Shown here piece by piece: positions 36,050-49,115 of a stretch of 64,000 bases of DNA. Below the pieces are notes generated by a model. The model made no database searches. It saw nothing but the letters and a program-made list of their open reading frames with translations, and was not told the DNA's origin. How positions within the stretch are numbered: the stretch's first letter is position 1; each line of letters opens with the position of its first letter. Both the position numbers and the translations under genes were made by a program. Origin of the DNA: Camelus dromedarius (lineage: Eukaryota); assembly GCF_036321535.1 (NCBI RefSeq), contig NC_087437.1:96288001-96352000 (forward strand), read 5' to 3'.

Positions 36050-36430
36050 AGGAAAAAAGTGATCACCATTCCTACAGCAGGTACACCACCACATTCACCA
36101 GCATCATCCATCACCATGGGGAGTGATCAGGTGTAATCTCAGCTTGCCTGAAGTTCGGGTCCTCTACTCTACTTCTGAGGAAGGCACACCGTCTCTTCCT
36201 GCTGCACTAAATGGCTCTTGTTGGCAGTCATGCTGTGACCCCAGGGGGAGCTCCAACCTTAGGATGAAACTACAGCTCTGAACACTAGAAAAAAATCGGG
36301 GTTCTTGATGACATAGCTAGACAAATCAATCCTGAAGACTGTGTTAAAGCTGGACTTGATGTGATCTAACTAAGTTTTCTTTCATTATTAGGCTGGTTTA
36401 AATTGAGTTTCCTGCTTCAACTGAAAGCTA
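36050..36430 (+). mobile_element. Old MLT1 (J/K/L-like) LTR
   Basis: ggcagtcatgctgtgacc...ggggttcttgatgacat...ctggacttgatgtga...ctggtttaaattgagtttcctgcttcaactgaaag. Confidence 0.6.
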
Positions 36431-37938
36431 GCTCCCCACGGACAAGCTATAAGAATTCTGTATTTTTTAGAAGTTTCAGTGACCAAAAAACTTAATAAAT
36501 CTAAAGAGGAATCATCATTCATAACCCCCTGCTTTATTACATTTGGTGCAATCAAACAAAATATGGTTGGAACGGACAGGCCAGCCAACAGCTAACCAGA
36601 CAATAAAATCTGACATTTAGGGAAAAAGTCATAAGTGGTTTCTTCTGCACAGAAGGGGAACGGGAAAGAACTAACTCAGTGGGGAGACATTCTGCTACCG
36701 CTGTGCAAGCTGACACTCTGGCACCTCTGCAACACACTGACAACTCCAAAATGAGAAGCTCTCACCCCCCATCTCCACTCAGATTCCCTGTGCAAGCAAA
36801 TTCACTCAGCAAATGATCCAGATCAACCAGTGGTATGAACTGGAGCATGCCGAAAGAACAAGGATACCCTGCAACTTGCTCATTTTCAAGTCATAGCATT
36901 TTGTGAAGCCTGGAATTCTGCAGGGAATAAAACACACAAACACACAATTTACCCAAGAGGACTGGCCAGCTCCAACTTTCTAAGCCAAGTCTTTATTCTC
37001 AAATCCTTTTTTTAGCCCTGTTCCGTCCTCACTCGTATTATAATTTGAAGTCTCCCTAAGAGTGCCAAGTCTTCCTTAATGTTTTCCATTAATGTTTAAA
37101 ATCTGCTGAAGGATTCTCAGAAATTGCATGGAAATATTGTGCTCTCTGTAATTTGTATCCATAACCTCTGTAATGCATATGTTCTCCTTGGGGACCAAGT
37201 GTTGAGATCATTCATAAACTCTTGGATCACATGTGGCACTGTAAACTGGTGACATCTGACCACGGCAGACTCGAGGCCTGTCTCTGGCAATCATTTCCTT
37301 TGGTTTGAGTTAAGGAGCCAGCAGTTGGCACGCCTTCAACACTTGGAAGTCCTATTTTTGGCAAAGCCTAGCATCTGATATTTGACAGGGATCTGCATAC
37401 CCTATCCATTAGCTTAGGAGGAAGTTGCGGATTGAGGCTAATTAATGTTTAATCAGTTCCTCTTTTTTTCTTCCTTAAAGTGCCATTGTTCACAAAATCG
37501 TTCATGGGGGATTGATGTCTCCAGGATCACGGAGAACTCAAAGGAGTAAGGGCAAATTAGAGGGTGTGCCCAAATATAGTATGTCAGGAGGAGGACAGAG
37601 TGTGGAATTGAGGGTACTGGCCAAAACCTGCTCAGGGCAATGCCTTCCTCTGCTGGAAAACAAAAACGCTCCACATGCCCAAAATGTTCTACTCTGCTAC
37701 CCAGCCTCCTCCCAGCATCTGCCCGTTTCGGACTAACTCCAGTCTTGGTCACAGAATGGCTATAACTCTGGATACCAGAAGAAATAATATGTTGAATTTA
37801 AAATTCAGAACTGCACAGACTAGCTTTAAAAATAATTAAATAATGTCTATCAAGATGGTAACAAAGGGAAACACCAGATTATTTCAAGCTTGTAATACTG
37901 CCTCCTACTTTCTCTAAATCTGAGTTGGGGCATGCATG

Positions 37939-37940
37939 AA

Positions 37941-38000
<60 letters not shown>
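37939..38000 (+). repeat. (AATA)n microsatellite
   Basis: About 15 perfect AATA units. Confidence 0.97.
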
Positions 38001-41000
38001 CACAACATCTCTGTAGGATTTGCATCCACAGGAAGATTACAAATAACCATCTGTCTGCTTCTAACTCTTCAGTCTGGTTCATGTCCCATGAGCCTCAAGT
38101 CTTCAGCTAAAGCAGTTAGGCTGCTGGGTGTCGGGAAGGCTTGTTACAGGTGCTTTGTAGAATGCTTTTTTTCCCCCTGCTGTTTCTCATTTTTTCCCAA
38201 CACCCCTCTCTTTCTCTTCTGTCTCATTTAGCTCTCACTACTAGACCAAAGAAAACCAAAAATTCAAAGGGCCAAATCTCATCTATATATACACACATAC
38301 ATACATATACATATATATACTTTTTAAATTTAAAATATTTATATATTTAAGAGCAAATTTAAATTTAAAATATACGTAAGTATACATTTAAATTCAAATT
38401 TCAAGATTCATTATTGCCTTAATGCTACATCTATCAATTTGAATAAAGGAATAAAGAATGCTATCAAGTAGACATTAATGTGCTGCTTTAATCTGGATCC
38501 CAATAGATTAGTGCTCTCCTCCCGCCCTGTTAGTCCATTTCTGAAGGCATTAGCTGCTACAGCATTCTAACATCGCACAGTTCACGGCCTCAGCAGCCTC
38601 TTCCTGTCATTTCACCCTCTCCTAGAATCACCGGGTTAGTGCTGATACTCCTCTCCCGTGGTGCACTCTGACGTGCATGATCAACATGAATTACAATGCC
38701 AAGTAACTGCCAGATGTCATGAGTTATAAACTCAATAGTCTAAGGATTATTACACATTAGGGCACCCTACAGTGCAAGGGTGTTCTGGAATTTACGTGTT
38801 ATTTATTACCTATTGGCAGGGTCTCAAAGTAATCTCACCCCTGCTGATGAAATGAGGGTTGGAAGGAGAAGAAGGTCAAGGTCAACATTCCTTGTCAAGA
38901 ATGCCAGTTACTTTGAAACTGCTGTTGATCTACCTTTTTCTCCCCTCTACCTGAAACTCAGTGAATTAGTGAATGAGTGGGCTATATCTTATCATGCTCC
39001 TATGGGCTTTCAACATAATCCTGCTGATTTCACAATTTCCATAAGTTCACCTATTTTAACAACATGTTTCATGACTATAATCACTAAAGGTCTGATTTAG
39101 AGGATAACCGTGAATCTCAACATTATTCATGAACTTAAAAATGACCACTTGAAGAATACGCTGTTTATTTTCCTCTTCTACACAGAAATGTAGACCAAAG
39201 CCCAACTACATGAGACTTACTTCAGTTTTTAATGCAACAATGAAAGTTCTTTTTCTAAACCTGCAGTCATCACTCTGTAGTGTATACAGGTGTTCAACTG
39301 TAATGCTGTCTACCTGAAACTTACATAGTAAAAAAAAAATCATGTCCCATGTCCCACATGCCTGTGACCTCTTCAGTCTTTCCCATCCAATATTAATATT
39401 TGCATATGTCCACACTTCAAAATATGAGTATTACTGTAAGCTGTCAGGAATTCTGCTGAAATGGATATAATTTGACATCTTATATTCTTCAGGAAATGTT
39501 CTATTTGATTACTACATGACAAGAAGCTTGAAATGTTTCCTAATCCAGAATATAGCATATTTAGTTTTAAATTGGCTGATTTAAAAAAGCTCTATCATCT
39601 CTCTACTCTATCCCAAAGACCCAGTAACCTTCTTTCCTTTTGCCACCAAACGAATTCTGAATGCTGCAGTTAACATTCAGCAATCTCATTACCTATCCAC
39701 CATAAATCTTCAAAAGCATCACCATGTTTTGACAGCTAAGCAGAAGAGGAAGCAAGAAGCATATCCAAGCACTTTTTATGAATGCAAATGTGCTAAAGAC
39801 CACATTTAAATTATTTCAGAAAACTCATATTACTCCACTGACAACCAGAAGACAATGTGCTTGACAATTTTTGTTTACATATGAGAAGCGTAATTTCTTT
39901 TATTCCTGATGCTAAGTCCACAGGCTTCCATCTCACGCATCCAATCTTGCCATATACTCTAAGAAAACAAAGCGATACCAAAGATAAATGACAGATTTTT
40001 TTGTTTTTTAGGTGTAAGACTGAGTTCTCATGATGAAAAGTTACTGTGTGTTTTCCCCAAAAGTGTTTAAATATTTAAAAATTCATGGATATTTTAGTCA
40101 AACCTTCATATCTTATATGAAACCAGAAAGAAGTCTCATTAAGCATGGAGGTTTAAAAAAGTCTCCCTTCTCTCTGATACCCTGGATTGAACCTTGGCAG
40201 CCACAGAGCATATGCTCAGCAGTAAGGGAATAAATCTAATTGTCTTCTGAGTCTTTCACTATATTTTCATTCTCTGGGCTCCACAGTTATTCCTAGGACA
40301 AGGATTCAGAACACTTTCACTCCCTAAATAGTCAGGGACAAAAAATAAATAGATAGAGCCAGTTCCTGCTTGGAGAGGTGCCAATCCCAACCCCCTATAT
40401 GGAGATAACTACCTAGTTGCATGTGATTCTTTTAGCTTCTCTGCCTGGGAGGGTACCAAAACTTGAAAAGTAAGATTTTTCAGAAAGTCTGCCAAGCCTT
40501 CATTATTTAGCTCTAATCAAGGCTATTCATGATGCCAGACTATTAAAATCCACAAATTATTATAATTCACAAATTATTTTAATTCCTAATTTTGACCATT
40601 TTCATGCACCACATATCAAACACTTCAACCCACTGTTCCCCAAAACTTTCTACAAATGATAAAATTAGAAACTTTTTTTCCTTGTTACTCTCAATGAACA
40701 ATTTATAACTCTTCTGAATGTAAGGCAAATGTGGGCAACTAAGGGAAAGTCTGAGGTTGGCAAATGGGTTAATTTTCAAAATGAATTAGAGAATCAAAAG
40801 TAATCAGATGTTACATATATTTATGCACTGATGTCTAAAGCACATGGCTAGTATTGCACTTGAGATGGTTTTTCCTATTTACTTAAAAGGAAGACCTTGG
40901 CTTCAATAAGCTTCAGGACACATGGCTTCAGTCCACCACTGGGAATGTTGTCAGTTGACAAAAGTGCTAGGTATGGAGTTTGGACTAAATGACTTCTCAC

Positions 41001-41081
41001 TTTTCTGCTAGTATCACAAGTAGCTGAGGAAACATTTTACACATTCCTTCTGAAATCAAAAATCTTCAACCTTACCTATGA

Positions 41082-41196
41082 CTTGGATAACCGTGTATTT
41101 TATCCTCCATAGTAAATATTTAGGAAAGCAAATGGGAGCATTCTTCAAAGTTATGCTAGGACAGTTCCAGGAAAGCCAGATGGAATGTTAACCTAC
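41082..41196. mobile_element. MER94-like (hAT-Blackjack) MITE
   Basis: ggataaccgtgtattttatcctcca...gggagcattcttcaaagttatgctaggacagttccaggaaagccagatggaatgttaaccta resembles the recalled MER94 consensus. Confidence 0.55.
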
Positions 41197-41444
41197 CCTC
41201 CTCTTTACATCTATGTGGTTTATCCTCTAAAAATCTCTCCTGCCTTGCTTTTGGCCCTCAGTCATAGTTCTCACCCTTCTCGGCCTTTCCTCAGGTCCTG
41301 GAACACGGCAAGCTCTTTGCCGCCTTAGTGTCTCCATATGCTTTTCTATTCTAAATGCAATCTAGTTCTCCACCATTTGCCCAGTTCCTTTCATGCGACC
41401 TGGAACTTCCACTTAATAAATGTTTATGGAACGACTACTTTTTG

Positions 41445-41705
41445 ACAGGGAGGCAATATGGCATCATGTTTAAAATAATGGGCTTAGTCAGAGGCCTGAT
41501 TCTGAGTGTCAGCTCTGTTACTTTATTAACTGGATGGTCTTATTCAAATCTGCCAGCCATGTCAAGCCTCACTTTCTTGATCTGTAAAATGGGGATATTA
41601 AAGCTTATGTCTTGGGGTAGTTTTGAAGAATAAACACAGTGTTCGTAAAGCACATTACAAGGTAAAGGAAGCATTTCAGAAATGAAAATCATTGCTGTTG
41701 TTAGG
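41445..41705 (+). mobile_element. MIR SINE, near full length
   Basis: gggaggcaatatggcatcatgtttaa...agcctcactttcttgatctgtaaaatggggatattaa. Confidence 0.8.
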
Positions 41706-42239
41706 AATTAGGAGTACTAGTGAAAAACAATGACCCTGAAATTGTACTTTTTATCTGATTCTAAGTGAATTTAATGATATGTCAAGTTTTAATTCCTTCA
41801 ACTGTCAAATGGTTAATAATCTTGAAGAACTCCATCTCGTGTATAAAATATTTCTCCTTTTAAAGTCTGGAGGGTCAGACAGTCAAATACATGCAGTTGC
41901 TCCCAGATGGTGATAATTACTGTAAGTGAGAACTGTCGGAGTTGGGATTTATATACAACTGTATAATCCTCAAGTCAAATGTATTTAGGTGTTATTCTTT
42001 ATGTTGTGAAGTATTATCTGGGCAATAAAATGTCACTGGTTTCTCCAAATCAAAAAGTGTAACTTTACTCAATAAGTTTTACCCAGTTCATTTCTAAAAG
42101 GTGTTTTTAATATGATATTTAATTTTGCTTTGGTTTCATCAATATCAGATAAATCAGATATTTTCACTTTTCAATCAGTTCCAGTTGTAACTACTACCTT
42201 GAGATGACAGAAGAGTTTTTTTAAATCATTGGTTTCTCT

Positions 42240-42515
42240 TTTATTTAGTAAGTAAGTACTGAATGTCCCAATGGGGACAAGTGCTACATAACACACTTAG
42301 AAGTACAAAATATTTCAAGCTGAGCTCTTGCCTTCAGGGTGCTAAAGAGATGTAGGAAAGTTACCGAATGTAACTCAAAAACCACAATAAGAAATAAAAA
42401 AAGCACGCAGCATCAGAGAATCACATTGAAAATATATTAAGATAACAAAGGAGGGAAACTACTTTCAACAAAGAAGGCCTTTTAGAGGAGCCAGCTTCAG
42501 AGCTGGATTTGCAAT
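42240..42515 (-). mobile_element. L2 3' end
   Basis: tttagtaagtaagtactgaatgtcc...ctcttgccttcagggtgct...gaaggccttttagaggag. Confidence 0.55.
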
Positions 42516-42544
42516 ATGCGCTGTATGCTTTAATTAATTACAAA

Positions 42545-42740
42545 AAGAAAGAAACATGCTGGAATGTGCTTGCATGTACAAAAAACAATCTCTAGAAGGA
42601 TACACAAGAAACTAATAATAACAAATGCCTTTGCAGAGAAAAACAAAAGCAGAAAGTGAGGGATGAGAGAGGAAGATTTCCGCTACATGTACTTTATACG
42701 TTTTGATTTTGAACCCCGCAAATGTATTAATTACTAATGT
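42545..42740 (+). mobile_element. L1ME4-like 3' end
   Basis: atctctagaaggatacacaagaaactaataataac...ttttgattttgaaccccgcaaatgtatta. Confidence 0.7.
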
Positions 42741-44639
42741 GTATGTTTAACAATGTATGAAGAAAAATAATTTTGATTAAGAGTGTTTTAAAAGTACACC
42801 ATCTGCTCCAACTGGATTCAATGTGAAGAGTTGTGAAGAGGGTATGGAAACCTGGTTTCTCACAAGTCACTCAGTGACACAAACTGCAAATTTCCATAAG
42901 AATGGTGCTTTGAAATACAAATGTAAACAAAATATCTGTAGGATGGTAATAAGCCTGACCTTAGAGATCAAAGTATGCAACTTGATTAATTAGTTATTTT
43001 CTAAGATAGAAATGGAAATTCAAAAAAAAATTTAATGTTGAAAAGGTCTCTTTTCATTTAAGACAACTTGAAGGCCTACTCTGAGCTAGGTATTAGACAA
43101 AGGTGAGTGAGATAGATGACAACCTTCTGATCTAGATCTAAGCTTCATAATTGCCTCACTGCAGGACTGGACTAAAAAATGAGGAAGTTATGGAGGAAGG
43201 AGCAAACAACAGTGATTGTAAGGCTTAAACCTGTCACGTATATTTATTGTCAACATATAATCCGTAAAAGCCAAAATATCATTTATTTAGAAAAAGTTCC
43301 TCATCTCTATCAAATTATAAGTTGCAATTCTATTAAGTCCACTTTAAATAGCTGAATCAAGAAAATTATAAATAATTCTTCCTTAAAAAATAAAAACTTA
43401 TCTCCATTTGAAAGTTCTTTATGGAATTTTACTTAGAGAAAATGTGGAAAAATGTATTTAACTTTATAAAAATTTTGGTTTATTTTCTTTGATATGCTTG
43501 TGCCTTTTATATTCATATGACTTGAGTATATAAAGACATCATGAGTTTTTTATTTTAAAAGTGCAAAAAAGGTTACATGTTTGTACAGGTTAAGTATAAT
43601 GATCTATTAATACAGTTTTTCTTATAGGATGATGGTGGTATATCATAAAATGAATTACAGTCCATCTTAAATAATATAATTAACTCTTGAGGAAACTTTC
43701 TCTATACCAGTAAATTCAATTTTGTCTAATTCTTAGGTTTATGATAATGTCAGCTCATGACAATGTTAGTTAAAACTCATTAAATGCACACTGAGAGGTA
43801 ACAGCTTCATTACTGGAATATGATGTAAAGAAAAAGAGAATGCTTTATTATCACTTAATTATTTTCAGAACTGAATATATTTGCATAATAAAAAGGTTCA
43901 CTGTATATTTTCAATAGTCTTCCAAAATTAAACAGTCCAATAATTAAAAATGTATTTTCTGAAAATAATTTTTTTCTTGCAGAGTTCTTGGTTGTTTTTT
44001 TCCATTAGAAAAAGTGGCCATACTAGAGATGGTGATTATTAGAGATAGAAAATCTTTTGATATATACTAAAATATACTAACATAGTCTTTATTTCTTTTT
44101 GAATATTTATAATGTTTAGGCAGAATAGGATTTCCATACAATAATAGGTGTCAATTAAATATTACAATTAATTGCCTTCACTAGATATTAATTCTGTGCC
44201 TTGTAAGACTGGAGAGAGTCAGGTGGAAATTATACTGGAAATTAGCTATATCTCCAATGCAGATGTAATTATTTCATGTTTCTCTCCCATAGTAGCTTAG
44301 CCATAGTAATTGCTTAATAATACTGATGAGAATTAAAAGGGGGAAATTCCTACAGTGACTTTTTGTATTCTCCCTCAAATCCTACATGATGAAAACAATA
44401 CCATTAAAGCACTGCATAAAATATATCTAAGTGTGTATTTCGTATCCTGTGTTCTGAGAAACTCTCTGAATTTTCCTCCCAATAGCCATTACTCTTGCCT
44501 GTACTTTGCCAGAGACTTCCTGTTCTTAAAAATGTAGTCAATATCACTAAAAAATGGAGTGCTCCCAGACACATTTTTCAAAATTAACCTCTGCCAGTCC
44601 TTCCTCCACCTGATGACTCTAAAATGAGTCCTTCCAGCG

Positions 44640-45832
44640 TTGGACTCCCTCAATCTCCAGACTTGCATTCACCTGCCTGCTTGACATCACCACTTGAGTG
44701 TTTAAAGAGTATCTTAAATTTAACATGACTAAAATTGAATTCTTGATTCTTGTCACAGAAATCACCTCCCCAATCTTCTGTCTTTGTATATGGTATAATC
44801 GTGTATAAATTACTCAACAAATTATTTTTCCTTCATTCCTGTTGCCCATGAAAGCACTCATCCACCCTAGACACACACACCTCATCTTGTCCATCAGTAA
44901 GGCCCAATGACTGTGAGACTTATCCAGAATCTAATTTTCTCTGCCTCCACTCCTGTCACTTGTTCTGAGTCATTGTCATCTCTCAGGGAATACTGTAGCT
45001 GACTCATAACGATCTTACTTTCACTCTTGCCTTTCTTATAGTCAATTCTTCTCATAGCCGACAGAGTTACCTCATTAAAACTATAAAATGGGTAGGGAGA
45101 GTATAGCTCAGTGGTAGAGCTCATGCTTAGCATGCACAAGGTCATGGGTTCAATCCCCAGGACCGCCATTAAAATAACTAAATAAACAAACCTAATTACC
45201 CTTGCTCCATCTCAGAAAAAAAAAAAAAAAAAATCAACAGCATAAAAATATAAAACAAATCTTGCCATCCTTCTGCTTAAAATTCTCCAGAAGACTCAGC
45301 ACATCTATAAAAACATCCAAATCTTTATTCTGGCCTACAAGGTATCTTGAGATCTGGCCTCTCATCTCAAAGTACCCGCTTCTCTGGCTCCATTCTCCCC
45401 CGGCCACACTGGCCCTTCTCTTCTAGCAAGGAAAATAACTACTGTAGGTCCTTTTTCTACACTATTCTACTATCTCTGTGAAATGTTCTTCCCCCAAGAC
45501 TTCCTTTTAGCTCTCCTCTTCTTGTCCATCAAATCTCAGTTTATATGTCAACTCTTTGAGTTCCCCTCTTACGACTACCAAATCTAAAGAAGCAACAAGA
45601 TCACACGTATCACAATGGTCTGGTATTTTTCCCTTGCATGTCACACACCACTATGTGAGATCATTCTTGCCTGTCTGTTTGTTCATTATCTATTTGCCTT
45701 CAGTAGAATGTAAGCCAGCTCCATAAAATCAGGGCCCAAGTTCATTTTGTTTACTGTAGTATCCCTAGAGTCTAGAATGGTATTCTTGGCACACGGCAAG
45801 TGCAGAGTAAATATTTACTGAATGGATAGATG
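44640..45832 (+). mobile_element. L2 3' region (~1 kb) interrupted by a SINE
   Basis: ctccagacttgcattcacctgcctgcttgacatcaccacttgagtg...tagaatgtaagccagctccataa...ttggcacacggcaagtgcagagtaaatatttactgaatgga. Confidence 0.85.
45090..45242 (+). mobile_element. tRNA-Ala(AGC)-derived SINE (camelid Vic-1-like)
   Basis: Pol III A box TAGCTCAGTGG at 45104-45114, B box GGTTCAATCCC at 45147-45157, anticodon arm tgcTTAGCATgca, tail aaataaacaaacctaattaccc plus poly-A. TSD taaaactataaaa (45076-45088) / taaaaatataaaa (45243-45255). Confidence 0.85.
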
Positions 45833-46249
45833 AGGGAGGAATTCCAGTTCTTGTCATTAAGACTAAACTGGATATAGCTGGTTATTATATATGTATCTTT
45901 AGTAGAAAGGTCCCTAAATTGGTTTAATGATTTTATTCAATAAATAGATAAGAAGTTGCTTGTTCTTTGTTTTAGTAAAAAAAAAAATATAGCATGCCTT
46001 GAGAGGCATTATTGTGGAATGAATGTCCAGTAGTGGAATGGAGGTAGCTTCTTATTTTCAAAGTTAAAAACAAACTCAAAATTTCACATTATTCAAATGG
46101 TCAGAAAAATGTCAGAAACATCACTGCTTACCACATTCATAATCTTTCCATGATCATGTTCTGAATGTTTATTTTAAAATATCTCATTTACCTAGTTCAG
46201 TGGGATAAATCAAGTCTAATAATGGTCAAGATTTCTTGCCTACAAGGTC

Positions 46250-46400
46250 AATGGGAACCTCACAATGACCTGTGAGGTAGGTATATTTATAAGTGAAAAG
46301 ACAAATTTTCAAGATGCAACTTCTCCAGTTAACAAGAGGAGTGGCAAGGATTTGAAAATAGGCCTTTTTTTTTTTCATTCTAAAGCTTACACTTTACAAT
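46250..46400 (-). mobile_element. MIR fragment
   Basis: aacctcacaatgacctgtgaggtaggta...gagtggcaaggatttgaaaatagg. Confidence 0.6.
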
Positions 46401-47009
46401 TATTTTGATAGAAACTTAGGCATACCAGACATATTTTATAATCCCTTAACCTAATAATTAAAGTACACCAAAAATAATTTAACTTGGTAACTAAGGTCTT
46501 CATTATAATCAGTCATTATATCATGCTGTGAGGTGGTGATTTCAAACATTAGGCTAAATCTATTTTTAATTTAAAATTCATGATGAAACTTACTTCTTTG
46601 AATGAACCCTTAATATGAGCTTGATTCTGTACAACTGCTTTTTCCTAAGAACATAAGAACAAAAGCTAATGGTGAGTGCACAGCTGATCAGTACCACATT
46701 GCTGTCTTTCTGTATAATAAACTATTGCAGCTTTTCTAATGGTAGCTCAAGGCCTTAGCATTGCAGTTTTCTTTTTTTTTTTTTTAATATAAAGGTCAAT
46801 CTCTTTTTTCAGCAAAAGGAAACTTTTAGTCAGATTCAATCTTTTTATTCTCATTTATTTTTAACAGAACATTAGAAAATACACATAACCATCCTGGAGA
46901 TAGTTCATTTCTCAAAGTGATATAATCACTATGAGGTTCTAATTTTTACAATGACAAGTACAGGCAGAACACTGCGTATTTAGCTATTCCTGGCCCTCTG
47001 CTGGACAGG

Positions 47010-47212
47010 CCCACAGGTTTTGGTGAATGAAAGCCCTCAGTCTGAGTCGTGGCACTGTTGCTTATTAGCTTTGGCATTTGGAGTAAGTTATTTACCCTTT
47101 GTAAACTTCTGCTTCTACATCTGTAAAATGGAGATAATAGTGCCTATCATCTGGGGTGACAATGAGGATTAAGTGAAAGCATTTAGTACATACCTAGCAA
47201 ATAGGAAACATT
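47010..47212 (+). mobile_element. MIR SINE
   Basis: cttctacatctgtaaaatggagataatagtgcctatcatctggggtgacaatgaggattaagtga. Confidence 0.8.
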
Positions 47213-49064
47213 CATTCATTTTCATGGGTTTACATAATCAAATAAACAGTGATGTTTAAAGTTACATATTCTCCCTTATAAAGTAGATATCTCCCCACAG
47301 TGATAGCTCTCCCGATTAAGTACCTAAATATATAAGTTGTAGATTAAACACAATAAAATGGAAACTTCTCTATTATGCATCAATTTAATAATGTAATAGT
47401 TAGTAACATCAAATAATATTTTGTATAAGCAAAATAAATTTATTGGGCCTAAATAATTGGTTTAAATATTTATATTAATTAGATTGTAGAGCTGCGGCAT
47501 TTTAATTTTGCTTTGTATGATTTCAGAAAATAATCAACCCTTTACTTTTCGGGTAGTCTTTCTTGGTAAAAAACGTATAGAACAAGTAGATTAAGAGTTT
47601 CAGTAAAACAACCACAGTGGTAGCAAGTCAGTGCAAAGAATAGTACTACTATAATGCCAAGCGATTTTTATACCTAATTCTTAGTGAACAATTCACTTCA
47701 TTTTAGTTTACACATAGATATTTTCACCAAAAAATTAGCCCCTTCTTAATAGAGATTTTCACTATGCTCAAACTGGGAAGACATTTTACTTTCTCTTTAT
47801 AATTTTAATTGTTAAACTAATGTTTCATCATTTTACTAGATTGGGTATCTGATCCTCAATATTATATAGCGAGTGCTGGCTAAAGATTAAAATAGATCAT
47901 TCATTTCAAGAACACAAAAAGAAAAAAGAAGTTGAAATAGTAAGAGGAAAAAACAAAACAAATCATGTTTAGTTCCTTGAAATCCAAAAATCACCTGTTC
48001 CTGACATTCCCATCTTCTACTCTCCAAATGCCTGTTAGTAAAAGAAAGCAGTCCAGCCCACCCTCTGACATCTCTAATTGACTTCCTAGAGAGTGTTATC
48101 AAGAGCTACTCAAGCGGGTCGCTCGCACATGGCAAAGCTGGGTGTGCTGGACTTTAAAAGGGCTGGAGGGAGAGTGTAATCTCTACTCCTGGTGGGAGCA
48201 AGAACCCAGGGCTATCTGAAAAGCAACAAATAATCCTTCAGCACTCTTGAGACAGAAGGAAGATGTGTAATTGGGAGCTGGGGAAATGTGCAGACATCCT
48301 GAAGGTGCTTCACATCACCATGTGTAGATTGTGACCCTGAGCTGTTGAGAAGATGAGAACCAAATGATAGAAAGACATCGGCTATGCTGAGCCTTCTTTT
48401 TGACAATGTTGAATCTTTTGAAAGCATATTGTACCGAGAAAGCCATCTTATGTTGAGAAAAAGCAAAAAGGATCTGGCCGAATTTAGACAAGCCCAGTCA
48501 TTTCAGTTAAGTGTAAAATGTCATCCCGACTGGGAGGGCAGCACATATGGTGCTTAAGATCTCCTTCTTGGACTGCTGCCTAGGCACATGGGGATGAAAA
48601 GAAGTTTGTTCGTTTGTTTGTTTTCTTTTCATTTTAGTTTTGCCACTGAATTTCTCACTTCTCTACATTAGAACTTGATATTTACTTGAAACAGAACGAG
48701 CGTTGTACAAAAAATGCAGCATGTTGTGTATCTTTCAGGTTTTATTAAAACATATTTTCACATGAATGTTGGCCCATCAGTTCTAAGACTGTCCCCTACC
48801 TCCTCTCTACCAAGCTAAGATTCTTTCCTTTGAAGCAGGGCCAAGCCTTGAGGTTTCTTCTCTCACCATCAAAACATAAATAATTATGTTTCATATCTAC
48901 AGAGAGCAACTCCTTTCCACTCTCAATTCTGGATCTTCAATGACTCATTTCATTTGCTTGCTGCATCCAACTATGAAAAAGTTCACTGTACAAGTAAAAT
49001 TAAGAAATAGCTTTCAGTATTGTTGTTTTTTTTCTAGTTGATATTCAGTTGCATTCTACTTATT

Positions 49065-49115
49065 TGTAGTTCTACATAAAATGTAGTTCTATATAGAATA
49101 TAGTTCTATATGGAT
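49065..49115 (+). repeat. 17-bp minisatellite, three copies
   Basis: tgtagttctacataaaa / tgtagttctatatagaa / tatagttctatatggat. Confidence 0.8.

Noticed and set aside
37879..38082. ORF with YLFI repeats
   Set aside because: Translation of the (AATA)n microsatellite.
45095..45168. Functional tRNA-Ala gene, and ORF 44894..45169
   Set aside because: The acceptor and D stems are mismatched, and a SINE tail, poly-A and TSD are present, so it is a SINE. The ORF is its antisense reading.
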